A DNA stretch of 64,000 nt, taken from the NCBI GenBank assembly GCA_051362555.1, contig CM120649.1:2232001-2296000 (forward strand), read 5' to 3'. The stretch is from Lingula anatina (lineage: Eukaryota > Animalia > Brachiopoda). The position numbers were made by a program, and so were the translations under genes. The notes beneath the pieces were generated by a model. It made no database searches and was not told the origin of the DNA. It saw only the letters and a list, made by a program, of their open reading frames with translations. Below, piece after piece: positions 25,689 to 39,231 of the stretch (positions are counted from its first letter, which is position 1; the number at the start of each line of letters is the position of its first letter).

Positions 25689-27840
25689 AGTGAGTGAGTG
25701 TGCGTGTTTTCACGGTGGGGTGGGGTGGAGAGAACAGCCCTTATCCATCTTGTTAATCAAAAGTCGAAATTTGTTTCCTTTAAATACAAACTAGAAGGCG
25801 TGATCGGCATCAGTCTGAGTTATTTCTGTACATCAGCTGAGACGTTATTTCAGCGAGTTTAAAGTAGAGATGTTTAGGACCCACCTAGGGGAAAAAATCC
25901 AAGATAACCCGCTGCTCTAGAACGTGAAATTATTTCATCTACTAGCGTCGCTGGGAAATGATACTTTTCCTGAATGAAATTCCAATGTTCGATTCTTTCA
26001 CAGGATGCAATCAGTTTTGACAGTGCCTATTTGACAGTGCCTATATTTGAAATGTTCCGTGTGCAATAAGTAAGATAATTTCTATTAAGATACACGTGTG
26101 AGTGAATCAGTAACAAAATTTAGAAATAAAAGATGCTGTTTAATATTAGGGTCCGGAATTACCGTAACTGTTGTAGAATATCCATGTTGACAACCACCCC
26201 TCTTGCTTAGGCAGATACATGAACTGCAGGCGGGGAGGGGGTTGTAGGGGTTGTAGGGGACGGAAAGGGGTTTGGCGAGGATGGAAAGGAGATTGGAGGC
26301 AACTTTACCCAAGATTGGCCTTCACTCTTTCTTACATACTTCAAAACCATGAATGCATGTAAACAACCAAGGCCAAGGCTAACACGCTATCAAATAGGAA
26401 GTAAAAAACGGAAATGGATTAATTTTGATCTCAACCTTTCTTTTAAGTTCGTTTTGAAGCGCCCTGTAAACGTCTTATTAATTGAAACATAACTCAGGAT
26501 GAAGGAGCGCTTTGCAATTACAAGGGTGGGTGCCAGCAACTGGGCTTAATTAAAGGAATGACTTAAACAGAAACCGTGTTGAAGTTTTGGCATCGGATGT
26601 CTTTATCGTTCTGTAAGTGTTTTGTTGACGTTTTCTTTCTTTATATTTGTTTGGGACAAGCCTCTGAAAAAATGTGTACATTTGCTATTAAAGTGTGAAG
26701 TGATAGAAGCAACAGTATTTGTTCAAAATACATATTATGATTAACATGGGTTTAAGACTTAACCCTTATGTTCACAACACGAAGTCAGGCGAACTTTGAC
26801 CACGTGATCTCGGGTCAGCCAATCAATTTTCATCATCATCTGTCTTAGCTGACGTATCTAATGATCTGTTTCGGTGTCGTCTTTTTTTAGGTGGCTGCAT
26901 CTAACAAATAAAAGAGCAAACTTTTCGGTGGCCCGCTTTGATCCTCATTATCCGCTTTCTATAATGACACCATAATGCAGCGTATATCATCTCTTCCTAT
27001 AAGTTCTGTTTATTCTTAAACGAGAAATGGTGACGAGACCGCATTTTTGGACATTCGTCTTTGTAATGATAAGTTATGCAATATGTATACTGGAATGAGA
27101 AGAAAAGAAAAGAAATAAAAGAAATATTTATTTTAGGCAGTAGATCTAAACCTCCATACATTTTATGATAACAAAAGCAAACAAGAGCAGCTGCCAAGCA
27201 TTTAATAAAATTTGATATCAAATGTCAAAATGGCACAAAGGTAGAGTGTTGGAATTCTACAGTCCTTAATAAGACATTCTTAACCCCCGTGTATCGTCTG
27301 CTAGGGAAGTCTTTTGATAAATTCCACACATTTTCGCTGCTGTCAAAACTGTCACCTCACAAGTAGTAATCGGCGCATGGCGACATGACCTCTGACCTTT
27401 GAAAATCACGTGGTTTCAAGGGTTGATGCACATCCTTTCACTTGTGCGTGTTTTTCAAATGTATATATTCCTTTTTATTTCAAATGTCATCAGCACTTTT
27501 GTTTTCTAAGTGGTTTGTGATGATTTGACCTCAGAGCTTTAAAATCACGTGATTATTGTGCATGCTTTTATCGACTGCGTACAAATGTTTTTCAAAAACA
27601 GAGCCAATTAAAATCGTGTGGCGCAAGGAAAATAGCTTATATACATGTGATGGAATAATGCATCGTGACACCACCTAGCATTAAGAAAGTGGTAAAAATT
27701 TACATCACAAAACAATTGCTCAAGTGAACGTTCTGTGTATACCGATTTTATATGAACAAAACATTCGCCTGCGTCCATAGTCATATGGGTAACCTCACAT
27801 ATCTAAAGACCATAATTCTGTCGTGCGAGTGCCATAATTT

Positions 27841-27858
27841 CTGTTTATGATACTTCCG

Positions 27859-27918
<60 letters not shown>

Positions 27919-28048
27919 GGCCTCAAATGAATTATCACACAACTAACAAGCCAGAATTAATAATCCCTGTATATGATATTTCCGGCAAGGAAATCTGCCC
28001 CTAAATGATCGTGAATTATAACAAAAATAACAGGTCAGAATTAATATT
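27841..28048. repeat. Two-unit diverged tandem duplication; first unit contains an A56 tract (27861-27916)
   Basis: TGATA.TTCCGGCAA...AAATGA...ATTAT.ACA.AA.TAACA.G.CAGAATTAATA occurs twice. Confidence 0.75.
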
Positions 28049-28357
28049 ACAGTATCCATAATCAGAAACACTTACTGTCCTACTGTTTTATTTTTTGTTT
28101 TGGTCGCAGATATTAGATCCAAGTTCTCAGCTAATAAACTCCTCAGCAGAACCCGAGGTAACCTTATACAGTCGTTTTAACACAGCGTGCTGCGCGCGGG
28201 TCAGCAATGCTAATGGCATTTTAATCGCCTGTACAGTATTTAATGTATCTTGTTTATTTCCCCTTAATGTGACGTATTTATTGGCCATTCCTAGTCCTGA
28301 CGCAGGTCAGAGACCTTAATAATTGACTGGTGAAAATCTCTGCTCGGGTTTTCATTG

Positions 28358-28605
28358 CAATGGAGGATCAGGGGGTGGGGGTAGGGGGGGTAGTAACCAC
28401 GAGCTCCTCTCCCACCCCTTTTTAGCCAATTTCTCACCCATACAAAGTATAAAAGGCGAAATTAGACAAAACCAAGCAAAATCTCTTTACTGTACTTTTA
28501 CGTATTATGGTATATTGTCCCTGTCTTCTGTTGTTTATTTTCTAAAGCTTGTCCACCCCCTAATCCCCCTCAACCTCCTCCTTAACAAAATCCTGGATCG
28601 GCAAG
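28358..28605. mobile_element. Degenerate 'GGCGGATCCAGG'-type MITE
   Basis: CAATGGAGGATCAGGGG ... AAAATCCTGGATCGGCA; ends resemble those of 34642-34919. Confidence 0.5.
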
Positions 28606-30727
28606 AGCTTCTCATCTCAGAAGAATGTCTTTACGAAGAAATCGATGTATACACAAATTATTATACACTAAATGCGCATATATGGATAGGTACAGGGCAT
28701 GATAACCACACCGTGTAACTTTTCTCGTCTAAGGACATTAAAAAACAACAGTAACACCAGTAAGGGGTCAGATTTCAAAATATGCGTTGGTCACAACGTG
28801 TTAATTTCTTACAGCCAGGGATAGAACCCCCGGGGTTGATCCAGCGAAATTTTTGACAGTCTTTTAAATTATCTTTGTTGATTCATCCTCCATTTTGACC
28901 ATCTTCCGACAGAAAAAAATTTAGATACCCGTAAATGTAAACTTCAAAAAATTTTGACCGTCTTCTGGAAGACCCAGAAGACGGCTTACGTCCACCCCTG
29001 GACCCACTTAGAAATGTTGGTTGATTACACCTCTGTCACATCGGATTTTCGACCGCTTGGAGAAACAAATTTCGGCCAGCTCTCCTGATTCTTGCGTCTA
29101 CCTTTGTGAGAGATGGCCAAGCCGTCTCAAGCCTGGTGTAACAGGGGCTTTAGCCAACTTTAGCCAACTTTAGCCGACTTAACAAATACAAAGCCTCTGT
29201 CACATGTTCAACAATTGGGAAGCCTTTCCACCCATATCATACACAAACAAATCATTTTAGACGCATAAGCATTACTGCAAGTAAAGCATAACTTTTTAAT
29301 GCCTACATCCCGTTTCAGGAAGGAGAGATCTACCGTTAGATTGCGCTGAATTTTATTTTCAAAACGCACATATTTATGAAGATCACAAGGTTATTTTGTA
29401 GACGCCCATTGCATTTATAGGGAAATCACAATGGAAGAAAAGGGTACATTTTACGGTTGAACGTGATGGCATTTTTTCAAAGAAAACTTGGATCAGATAC
29501 ACAATACGTAACATGAAGTACATTTTAAAACAACAATGGAATTTTGTAATACCCTGCTGCTTGGCTGTTGTAATAGCAAATAATAATGGCAAATTAAAGA
29601 GTCGATTTCGACAAAAGTCCTGATGGTATCTCACTTGAAGAAAACCTCTGTGCGTGAACAAATCATACGGTTCAGACATCGTATAAGCGCATGCCAAGGG
29701 GAATTTAGATGCCAGTACATATTTCATATTGCCTGGGCGAATGGATAAAAGTGCACTTTAATCATAAAAAACACGATGTTTCTTTTTTAAATGGGTCCTT
29801 ATGTCCATTGACATAGGGTTATTAGATAGCGCGGTTTTTGAGGATCATATTGGCACCCGTCAAAACCCCCGTTGAGAAAGAAGCGCTGATGAGATCAAAG
29901 ATCAAATACCAAATAATGACAGCGAGTCGATTTTAGCAAGCAGCATGATAGCGTTTCAACAGCGCTGGGTCTTTATCTAGAAAAATCACGTTTCCTCTTA
30001 GATTAGATGTCATGTGATTCCTGATAATAATTGCAACTTTTTGAGACGTTGATGGTGTTTGATAGACAAGTTACTGCAGAATTAATTGGACCCCTTCTGC
30101 GTATCATTTAGTGCATGCTGAGAAAGGACTTGCAGATTATTAGCCGTGTCTTTGTTGCCCTTGGCAACAGCCCTCGAGGCCTCGTGTCGCGCGCAGGTAT
30201 GACATTTGTCAGTATCGCATCTTCCCGCCACAATGGATTTAGCGAGGGGGATAATCCGGCATTGGGGGGTAGGATGCGCTAAAACCGCGCAACGACACGA
30301 GCCGTTCAAAAAAGTTTAATTTCAGTCTTATTGGATTAAATATTTTAAATTCCTGAGCTCTATTTTTCAAACACCTCGTCGAACTTCATCTGATACTGCG
30401 GGGATTTGGTTAAGGTGAAACATGTCGGAGAAATAAGAGTAGGAAGGTGAAAGAGTAAAATATGTTGTGTTTAGAACCCTGAAGGGAAGATTCGCGCTGA
30501 AATAAAGGGTAACCGCATCTGTGAGTGTTTGGCGAGTGGATACGGTTTCAAGGTACATCTCTTCACGCTCGGGCCCTTGGTTGTGACCTCGTGTTCGGGA
30601 TTCCATCTCACGTTTAATACCTGCCAAGCTTGTTACATTAAGTGGCAAGCTGTCATTTTTTATCCGTAAGAGTTGTTTTCTCTTAGTAAACAACTATTCG
30701 AGGCTTCTGGTCAAATACTTTATGCAT

Positions 30728-30733
30728 TCTCTC

Positions 30734-30787
<54 letters not shown>

Positions 30788-30816
30788 CGTGTGTGTTAGT
30801 CTGTAAATGCACGTGA

Positions 30817-30870
<54 letters not shown>

Positions 30871-30871
30871 G
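30728..30871. repeat. Compound (CT)/(GT)/(GA) microsatellite cluster
   Basis: Direct reading. Confidence 0.95.
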
Positions 30872-31705
30872 TATTGATAAAGTTTATTGTCACATTTCGT
30901 CAGTTCTCTGTACAATTTTGCACAACAACCTCGTTGAACTTCGTCCCATTGGGGGGTTTGATCGTATCTGCATATACGAAATGACGACTGTCGCAGTGTA
31001 TTATTGTCAACACGACTACTTGAATTACATCATGTATGAGAAGAAAAAATACAACAACCTTCACACGGTAAAGTTACAAATTTTTCTTAAACGAGACACA
31101 CGGCACGCGCTTACACAAACCACGCTTTGTTCCTGTCTGAAATTGCCTACTAATGACAATACTCCGGCAAATATTTGTAAACCATTAAGAAATATTTGGC
31201 AAGTTTTCTTTTTCTTTTCATTAAAAGCTGATCACGAAGAACACGCAATCTTGACTGGCATTACGTCACTTATGATATATTTGTACGTTTTCTTTTTTAG
31301 TTAATTTTTACCATAAATAAGCCACCACACTGCGCGTGGAATACTTTACGACTCTCTTCTCTGAAAGAACTACTGTTTGGTAAAACTAGTTTCTTTCTCC
31401 ATAGAATTTATCATAAATAACGCAGCATTCGTGGAGCGGTTGAAATTATTAATGTTTTCATTCAACAAGAAGAAAGACAAGGGTTTGAGATTTGACTGAA
31501 TGCCCCACCTGAAATATTTTTACTTAGTGGGTATAACGAAAACCTTTCACGACTAGTGCTGTAAAAAGACAGGGTGGGCTATAAGTCAGTCCAAGGTCGC
31601 TGAATTTCTGAGTCTGTGACAACTAACTAGCTACTGTGTTCGCACAAAATTGGTCACCTTGTCATTTTAAACTACTATTTCTGGATCGTTTGCGCGCATG
31701 TGTTT

Positions 31706-31775
<70 letters not shown>

Positions 31776-32041
31776 CAGAACACGTGTTAGGAATACTAGG
31801 GTGATTTCCCTGAATTTATGCTGTTGTTTGAATATGCTTAAAAGAAGTAGAATGTATGGAGTGTAACGCTTGCGTACATATTCCCGTATAAAAAAAAAAC
31901 ACTTACCCTTTATAGTCTTTCTCACGTCTGAGTGAAAGTTAGCAGTCATTTTATCGGGTTATCACACTGGCCTGCGTATAAAATTAGCGGATGTGTACTA
32001 ATTATTATTATTTTTTTTGTCATATTTTGTTTTATTTTCAG

Positions 32042-32145
32042 TTGGAGTTGATTTCGTGTCGCAGACGGAGACCGTAGCCCTTGGAGATACCGCTGTCCTC
32101 CACTGTAGCTTTCCAGGCGTCCACAGAATGTACAAAAACGGGCAG
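32042..32145 (+). CDS. Ig protein exon 2 (Ig1, N-half)
   Basis: TTTTCAG| GVDFVSQTETVALGDTAVLHCSFPGVHRMYKNGQ |GTGAGG; contains the B-strand Cys. Confidence 0.9.
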
Positions 32146-33932
32146 GTGAGGGTTCAGAAGGAAAATCTTTGCGTCCAAACCAGACCTTTTTTGCACTGGA
32201 AATTTTACAAAGATGAGGAATTGAACATCGGATCGTTGGCAGACTCTGTAATCTAACAACTCGATTGTGCGAGTTGAACCGATTTCGGTTATGATCGAGT
32301 GCTAGTCTGAACGCGCCTTTTCCGGCATGCGCACATGGATGGACACGCAGATTTCTAGATTTACGCTTGCACGTGAAGAATTTAACCCAGATGCGCTTGT
32401 GTATGTGAACATATACAGGCTTACGCACGTTCAGAAACGCTGACACGCACGTGAATTCACATCTCACTTATTTTCTTTAAAAATCCTTGGTCCGATGAGT
32501 TTTAATTAAAATTCGCTTCTGATTTTTTTATTCTTGCTTTGGGCACATAAGTTTACAGACAATTATTGACGCAAGCGAGACTTCAAATGACAATTTTCTT
32601 TTCAAAATATAATTTACCTAAATCAACGACTTTAGTTTTCGGAACATATTGTTAAAAATGTTACGTTTCATTATACCTCAATGTCAACGCACTTATCTTC
32701 TTTCTCAATATGTGTGCTTTTTTGTTGTCAAAACAGACCAGGTTATTTTCGATTCCCGAAAAATGGTTTTAAAACATCCCATAATTAACTTTCTAAAGTA
32801 AGTTAATTTTGGTAAACAACGCCAAGGAGGGATTGGTAAAGCTAAATATTAGTTTAATTACCTAAGTTTATTTAACGCATTTGTAACCGCAAGGAACGCG
32901 TGTCCGTTCTCTAGGTTTCCCTACTTGTAGCATGGGCTTTAAGTGAAACAACACGTACTTCAACCTATTAACATGTTATCGTTTGTGATATTGAATTTCA
33001 CGCTCAAACTTGAGGTGTTTTGACAAATGTGTTCGTGGAAGACACAGCCGGGTTACATGTACCTTTAGATTGACTATAGGTACAATGCCACCTTAAAAAT
33101 TTCTATTTATTGATTTATCTATTTATTTATTTAAATCAAAAGGATATTTTCATCCTCATCAGTATTATTAATTTTATCATTAGCATTATCATTATCACTA
33201 TTATTATTATTACTGATATCATTATTGTAAATAAACATGAAAATGAGATTTTCTTTTAACCACCTCCAGTAGTTTTTTCAGTGTCAACAAACAACAACAA
33301 CTGCTAATCAAAAACTAACAACAAACACTGTACGTCTATGTTGATCTATAAACATCCGATACCACAAAGGTTACCTCGTGTACCGTACCTTCAACCTTAA
33401 GGACATTACGAAAGAAAGAAAACTAAGTTCCGACGTGAGGTCATTGACTTTTATCAGAACATTGGAGATTGTCAGTTTTGAAATGATGCCGTGGCTTTGC
33501 CTCATTAACTTCATTCTCATTATAATTTCTGACATTACAATCAAAAGAAATACAATCGGCTCGAGGTACATGCGATAAGAAAAGGGGAATTGTTCAGGAC
33601 GTCCATGTAATTTGTTAAGGGAGTACTTCATTTCCTTTTGAGTAAATGTTATGTCAAGTTTCTTTCAAGTTTTTCAAACCAATTCATTACCCATGCAGTA
33701 AACTTTGTAAAGCATGACATTTCTCCCCAATAGGTGATGTAGCAAGTTGATCCATTTCATTATAGCCTCATAAATCAATACCGTGGTTTTGATTAATTTG
33801 TAAGTTTAATCCCTTCCAAAAAATTCATCTGTTAACTTGTTCGTTTCTAACTCACTTACTCCATTAAACCATGGGTCTTACGATTTTTTAATTGGTACAT
33901 GTACATATTCATCTATATCTTTCTACTTTCAG

Positions 33933-34158
33933 GTGGACTGGGTACGAGAGCCACGAAGTGCTGGGGATCCCGCCAGTCTTATCGCGCGAGGCAGCAGCGT
34001 CTTGGCTTTCGACAAACGCTACAAGGTCTTAACCCTTCCACACTCGGCTTTCTCCATCTTGATCATCAAGAAGGTTAACCAAAAGGACGTCGCCAAGTAT
34101 CGCTGTAGCCTAAGCCAGAGAAGACTGAAGCATCGGTACATCTTTCTTAACGTCACAG
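33933..34158 (+). CDS. Ig protein exon 3 (Ig1, C-half)
   Basis: VDWVRE...ILIIKKVNQKDVAKYRCSL...LNVT; C-strand Trp and D-x-x-x-Y-x-C motif; AG/GT boundaries in phase. Confidence 0.92.
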
Positions 34159-34433
34159 GTAACGGGAAGCATTTCTTGAAGCGTCATGGGTTACTGTGTA
34201 GTTTTTGTGTGACGTCATAATTAATGGGTTACATATGTGTCGTCACTGTTTTGCCGCTGTTACGTCACTGTTTCTGTATTCGAAACGTCATGTGTAAGGT
34301 CAATTACAGCAAAATCCAAATGTGTCACTTAAAATTTACACTAGGTTGAATGAGATTTACGACATCAGGTAAATTTGAGCTTTCGATTCGTTGGAGAACT
34401 TTCAACTTATCATTTTTTATATCAACAACGCAG

Positions 34434-34603
34434 CAACACAGATCCAGGTCGATCGCAGTCCCGCAGAAAACAAGGTCAACGCGGGGTCAAACCTGACGAT
34501 GTACTGCCGTGCCACCGGGTACCCGCGCCCCCTGGTGTACTGGACTGGTAGACTGAAGGACGGCACGCCTTACAAGTTCTCTGATGGGAGACAGGAGAAG
34601 TTT
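34434..34603 (+). CDS. Ig protein exon 4 (Ig2, N-half)
   Basis: ATQIQVDRSPAENKVNAGSNLTMYCRATGYPRPLVYW; I-set C-x-A-x-G-x-P-x-P-x-x-x-W motif; donor TTT|GTGAGT. Confidence 0.92.
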
Positions 34604-34641
34604 GTGAGTGATTTATTACACGATGTAAAGGGTTTTCTTCA

Positions 34642-34919
34642 CAATGGCGGATCCAGGATTTTTTATTTTGTTGAGGGTGTGTGTTGACAGGGTGGGTCCG
34701 AACGTGGGGAGCAAAGTAGGCCTATATAACTTTATTCGTAGACGAGGAAAATTTTAATGTATCTAGCGCACAGGGTTGAGAATTCCTTGTGCTTTAAATT
34801 GTCTTGCTTGCCTTATGGGATTTTTTTTTTGGGTGGTGGAAATGGGTTGGGGGGGGGGGAGAGAAGGAAAAGTCGAGAAGGAGGACAGGAGACCCACTGT
34901 GCCCCCTGGATCTACCATG
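34642..34919. mobile_element. MITE, 'GGCGGATCCAGG' type
   Basis: CAATGGCGGATCCAGG ... CCTGGATCTACCATG inverted ends. Confidence 0.7.
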
Positions 34920-36772
34920 GTTTTAATTTCATGTTCATTTCAATATTGTCCAAATTGATGTCATTGATGCCAGAATTAAAACAACAATGAGAAAATTCAA
35001 TAACCTGTTTATATATTTACAAGTATTTCGATTAAACTATGACAAACAGTGTTCAGTCTATTTGTTTGGATCCTTAATAATTGCCACAGAGGTTGAACAA
35101 CAGTGGAATTTGGAATAGAACGGGAATACGTGTGTTTGAATGGTACAATTCTCTCCTTGCCACTCTCGCTCTCCCGTTTCAATGGTATTTGGCAACATTG
35201 TACACGTGCACATATTTCCCCAATTTTTCACGGATGCACGACTTTTATTACTTGTTTGGTTGATAAACTAAAACACTGGTATGTCCAAACAAGCGGCAAA
35301 TTCCCGATCGCGTATGCCAACATTTTCCACGCGGTTACACACCAATTCTCTAATGAGGAAACTCGCTTTAAGACAAGAGGAATTCTAGAAACTCTGTAAG
35401 CATTTAAGGAAAACCTGACAGAGAAAAAAGTAAACATCTCTTCTATGTATTTGATGAATGAGAACCAGAAGTCGCCAATGTTCAGTTTCAGAAACATTCT
35501 GGAACCTCCAAAAATTCAAGTGTGAAAGTAAAAAAGCAAATGTTACTTGTTGTGATGTATGAGAAACCGAGCTAATTAAGACAAAAGGTGGACTGCGTTT
35601 TTCCCTGACGAATGTTCATTCCAAAGTATAGCCACGTGTACTTTGCCAAAGATCCACTGGAATTAGATTATGTTCTTTGCATTTGAAGGAGGGCTTCGTT
35701 AGGCTGAAAATGACGTCTGTAACCTGAAGTTCGAGAACGATATGTCTTCAAAATCAAATAAAGTAAACAGTAAAAAAATGACAACGACAGCAAATATTAG
35801 ATAGATGAATTAGATTAATAATCAACTAAATTTAATTATATGATCAAATTATCAACATAATTAATACAACAAACAACACAGCTCACTAAAAAGAAACACA
35901 TAATGAAAACTGCAACACCGCAAAAGAAGCAAAATGTACCAGTGCAGTACAAGCAGAAAGTTATTAGAAACACTGGAAGCATGTTTAATCCTTGTGATAC
36001 AGCTTTTGCCTTAAATCAAAAACAAGTGGCAAATCTTTTCCTTCATTGCAGTTTCAAAAGTCTGTGATCTTACAGGTTTAGTCAAAAGGAAAACATTTGT
36101 TTTTTCCGCGTAGGGACTGATTAGAATTCGCGAAGTACATGTCCTTATTACAGCATGTAAAGAATTCCTTAGATTTTTGTTGTGCGCTGCATTTCAGAAC
36201 ATTTGGCCTGATCAAACGGAAAATTTTTGATTGGAGGCCTGTACGAATATAGGGACAACATAGGATTTCTTTTTCTAGAAAAATAGTTATCACACACCAA
36301 TAGTTGCGACTGACTTAACGAGAGAGAAAGAGGAGAGAGAGGTGTGGGTGGGGGAGAGAGAGATGCAATGAATAGGGCAAGCAGTCAAAGTTAAGTAGAA
36401 ACAACCCTTAGTGACAGAACCAGCCACTGAAGACTAGCATGATAATCGATGTAAACTCTAAATAAATAAGAGGGTACAGGTTATAGATAATCGTATGTAG
36501 ACGCTCTTCTCTATCTCTTTACCAACCGTTTATTGCATTCCTTAGACAGCTTTGTTTGTTTCATCTTACGCAAGAATTGCTAGAGTATTGAAACACCATT
36601 ATACGGGAGAGTAACTCTCAGCCGGATTGCGTTACAACAATCAAATAAGGAAAATGCGGAATTTAACCAGGGGAAACTATACCGAAATCGTTGTAGCTAA
36701 AATGAGTTCCCTCTTTCTGTTTTACAATGTATATTTTGAATTGTACAGAGGAACAGTGACCTACAGGTATCA

Positions 36773-36853
36773 AGGACATTGACACGTCAAGGTCACTGAC
36801 CTACCGAGGTCATTGACCCGTTAAGGTCACTGACCTACCAAGGTCATTGAGGG
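36773..36853. repeat. 17-bp minisatellite of AGGTCAnTGACCT palindromes
   Basis: Units start at 36773, 36790, 36807, 36824 and 36841. Confidence 0.85.
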
Positions 36854-37164
36854 GAGTGATCACTGGTTACCACATGCTCAGTGAAACATAGCGTTGGGAC
36901 CACGTGACTTCTACCTTGTCGCCGCGTTCTGACGTTGTTATATTGCGGTAATGGGATGTTTATTTAGGTGATTATTTATCAATCCTTTTTGTGACGGAGA
37001 AAGTCAACGGAGGTTGTCTGGGAGCAAGGAGAGCAAAGTGAACATTATCCCGAAGACAGGTCATTCCTGTTCTGGTCCGTATAGGCATCCTGTTTATTTT
37101 TATGACATTTATTTTATTTCATTCTTCCCGTATTTCTGAATAATTATTTTCCTGTTGTGTTCAG

Positions 37165-37279
37165 GGGGATACACTCACGCTGGAAAACCTCAACCCACGA
37201 GATACGGGCACTTTCACGTGTCACGTGGAGAACTTTGTGGAACCAATCGAACGCAAGCATTTTACAGTCACGGTCAGAG
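37165..37279 (+). CDS. Ig protein exon 5 (Ig2, C-half); not in the ORF track in this frame
   Basis: TTCAG| GDTLTLENLNPRDTGTFTCHVENFVEPIERKHFTVTVR |GTAGGG. Confidence 0.92.
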
Positions 37280-37293
37280 GTAGGGTGTGTGTG

Positions 37294-37333
<40 letters not shown>

Positions 37334-37521
37334 CGTGCGTGCGTGTATGACTGATTTCATATTATCATTATTATTATCAAAATGCAAATGTTTTTGTATT
37401 TTGTAGCGTAAATAGCTGGCCAATGCGATATAGTATCGTTTAGAGCTCAGTAAATTTTCAAAAGTGTGGCATTTGAAATTAATGAGTAATTACCGTAAAT
37501 AACTCAGTGTTTTGGTATTGT

Positions 37522-37552
<31 letters not shown>

Positions 37553-37558
37553 TTCCAG

Positions 37559-37749
37559 ATCTCCCCTGGTATTTGCACAGTTACCTCCAGGGTTTCAACA
37601 TCCGGCATTTCCTCAGCTCATGGACGCCCAAGCCTGGTTTCGGAGAGGCGGTTATGTTACGCTGTGAGACGGCGGGTATCCCTAAGCCAAAACTCACCTG
37701 GTATAAGGACGGGAAGCCCGTTAGGGAGACATACGAACTTTCCATATTT
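37559..37749 (+). CDS. Ig protein exon 6 (Ig3, N-half)
   Basis: DLPWYL...GEAVMLRCETAGIPKPKLTWYKDGKPV; donor TTT|GTGAGT. Confidence 0.92.
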
Positions 37750-38048
37750 GTGAGTTGAATCTATCTGTCTGTCTGTCCGTCCGTCTGTATGTGTCCATCA
37801 CTCCCCCTGCCCTCTCCCCCTCTCTCCCTCTCCCCCTCCCCCTCTCTCCCATTCCCTCTCCCCCTCTCTCCCTCTCCCCCTCCCCCTCTCTCTCTTCATT
37901 TGTCTCCCTATAAGTCGGTCCATTGCACCAAAAGTTAATAAAGATTAAAGTATCCTCTACAAACCAAAATATCTAATCTGAGGGTGTTATGGTATACATA
38001 TTGAAAGAGAGGGGGGGATCTCAACACACACACACATACACGCACACA

Positions 38049-38092
<44 letters not shown>

Positions 38093-39180
38093 CGAAAGGA
38101 GAGAGAGATACGAGGAAATGTCGACAGGCTGGAGTAGTCTAGACACGGAAGCGCGACACAAATAAGCAACCCGATGAAATCGTCTTTCAAAATTTCACGT
38201 GAATTTCTATACGGAAAAGACAGCTCCCCGTCATTTGAAACCTCTTTGTTTGCACTTTTTGTAACAGTTAAAAAACGTTTGCAATGATAAACCTAGGTGT
38301 ATATATGTTGCATTATCATAAATACGTCGCCGATCAAAAGACTTATGTTACTAATGTCGCACAGACGCCTATACCGGTGATATATTTATCAACTGTATCA
38401 TGGTAAGTTAGACAGGAAGAAGCTGACTTCAAGTTGCCTTAGTTCTGTCCAAGACCGACTGTTTTGAAACTGTTGTGCGGTGCAAAACTCTAAAAACGGC
38501 AAAATTGATGAATATCACTAAAATATTTAAACGTATAAACGCACAAAAATGTCGATTTATGGCACATTTTAAAATGGGCATTTTCGAGATTGTGCCTCGT
38601 GTCAAACTTTGCTATTCTTAGATGGTTCTTGTGTGAACATTCTTGCGAGCGTCCCATATTGTTAACATCGTGACAAAATTGTTGCCTGTTGACCAAAAAG
38701 ACGGAGACAGAAAGATCGAATATCGCGATTTTCGCGCCTCATTAAAGCCACCTCTGCTCCTCTGATGCTAATCACAATGCATAAAGGAGAATTACGATAT
38801 AATACTCGCTCACAGCGGAGAGCGCGCAATAAAGTAATGGGAGTCCTTTTTTTGTAATCTATGGTTATTCTGAAACTTGACGGGTGTCAGACGTATAAAA
38901 TAATCGTTGTGACGGCTTCACGGGCGTTTAAGCATGTCAGAATAACATTGGTGAATAACCCTTTTCCTTGTGTGAAGTATGGGAATCTTTGTGGGGGTGG
39001 GTTTTTTCTCCCTCTTTTTTGTTTTGGCGTTCTTTCTTTCTTTCTTTCTTGCAGCTTTCTTTGATATTTGCTGCAGTTTTTCACTGGTACATAGTGCACT
39101 TATTGTCAGTTTGAATTTGTACGGTTTTTAAATAATTTTCTTTGGCATCTCTCTCTCTCTCCTCCTTCCAGTCTCTCTCC

Positions 39181-39231
<51 letters not shown>

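Noticed and set aside
23045-25713. ORFs rich in SL, RE, CV or HT dipeptides (also near 7125, 19590, 30807, 37987 and 59680)
   Set aside because: They are translations of (CT)n, (AG)n or (CA)n microsatellites.
27861-27916. Poly-A as a processed-pseudogene or SINE tail
   Set aside because: No upstream coding remnant, Pol III boxes or TSD; it sits inside a tandem-repeat unit.
31946-32467. 173-aa minus-strand ORF
   Set aside because: Antisense to Ig exon 2 and its intron, non-ATG start, no recognisable motif.
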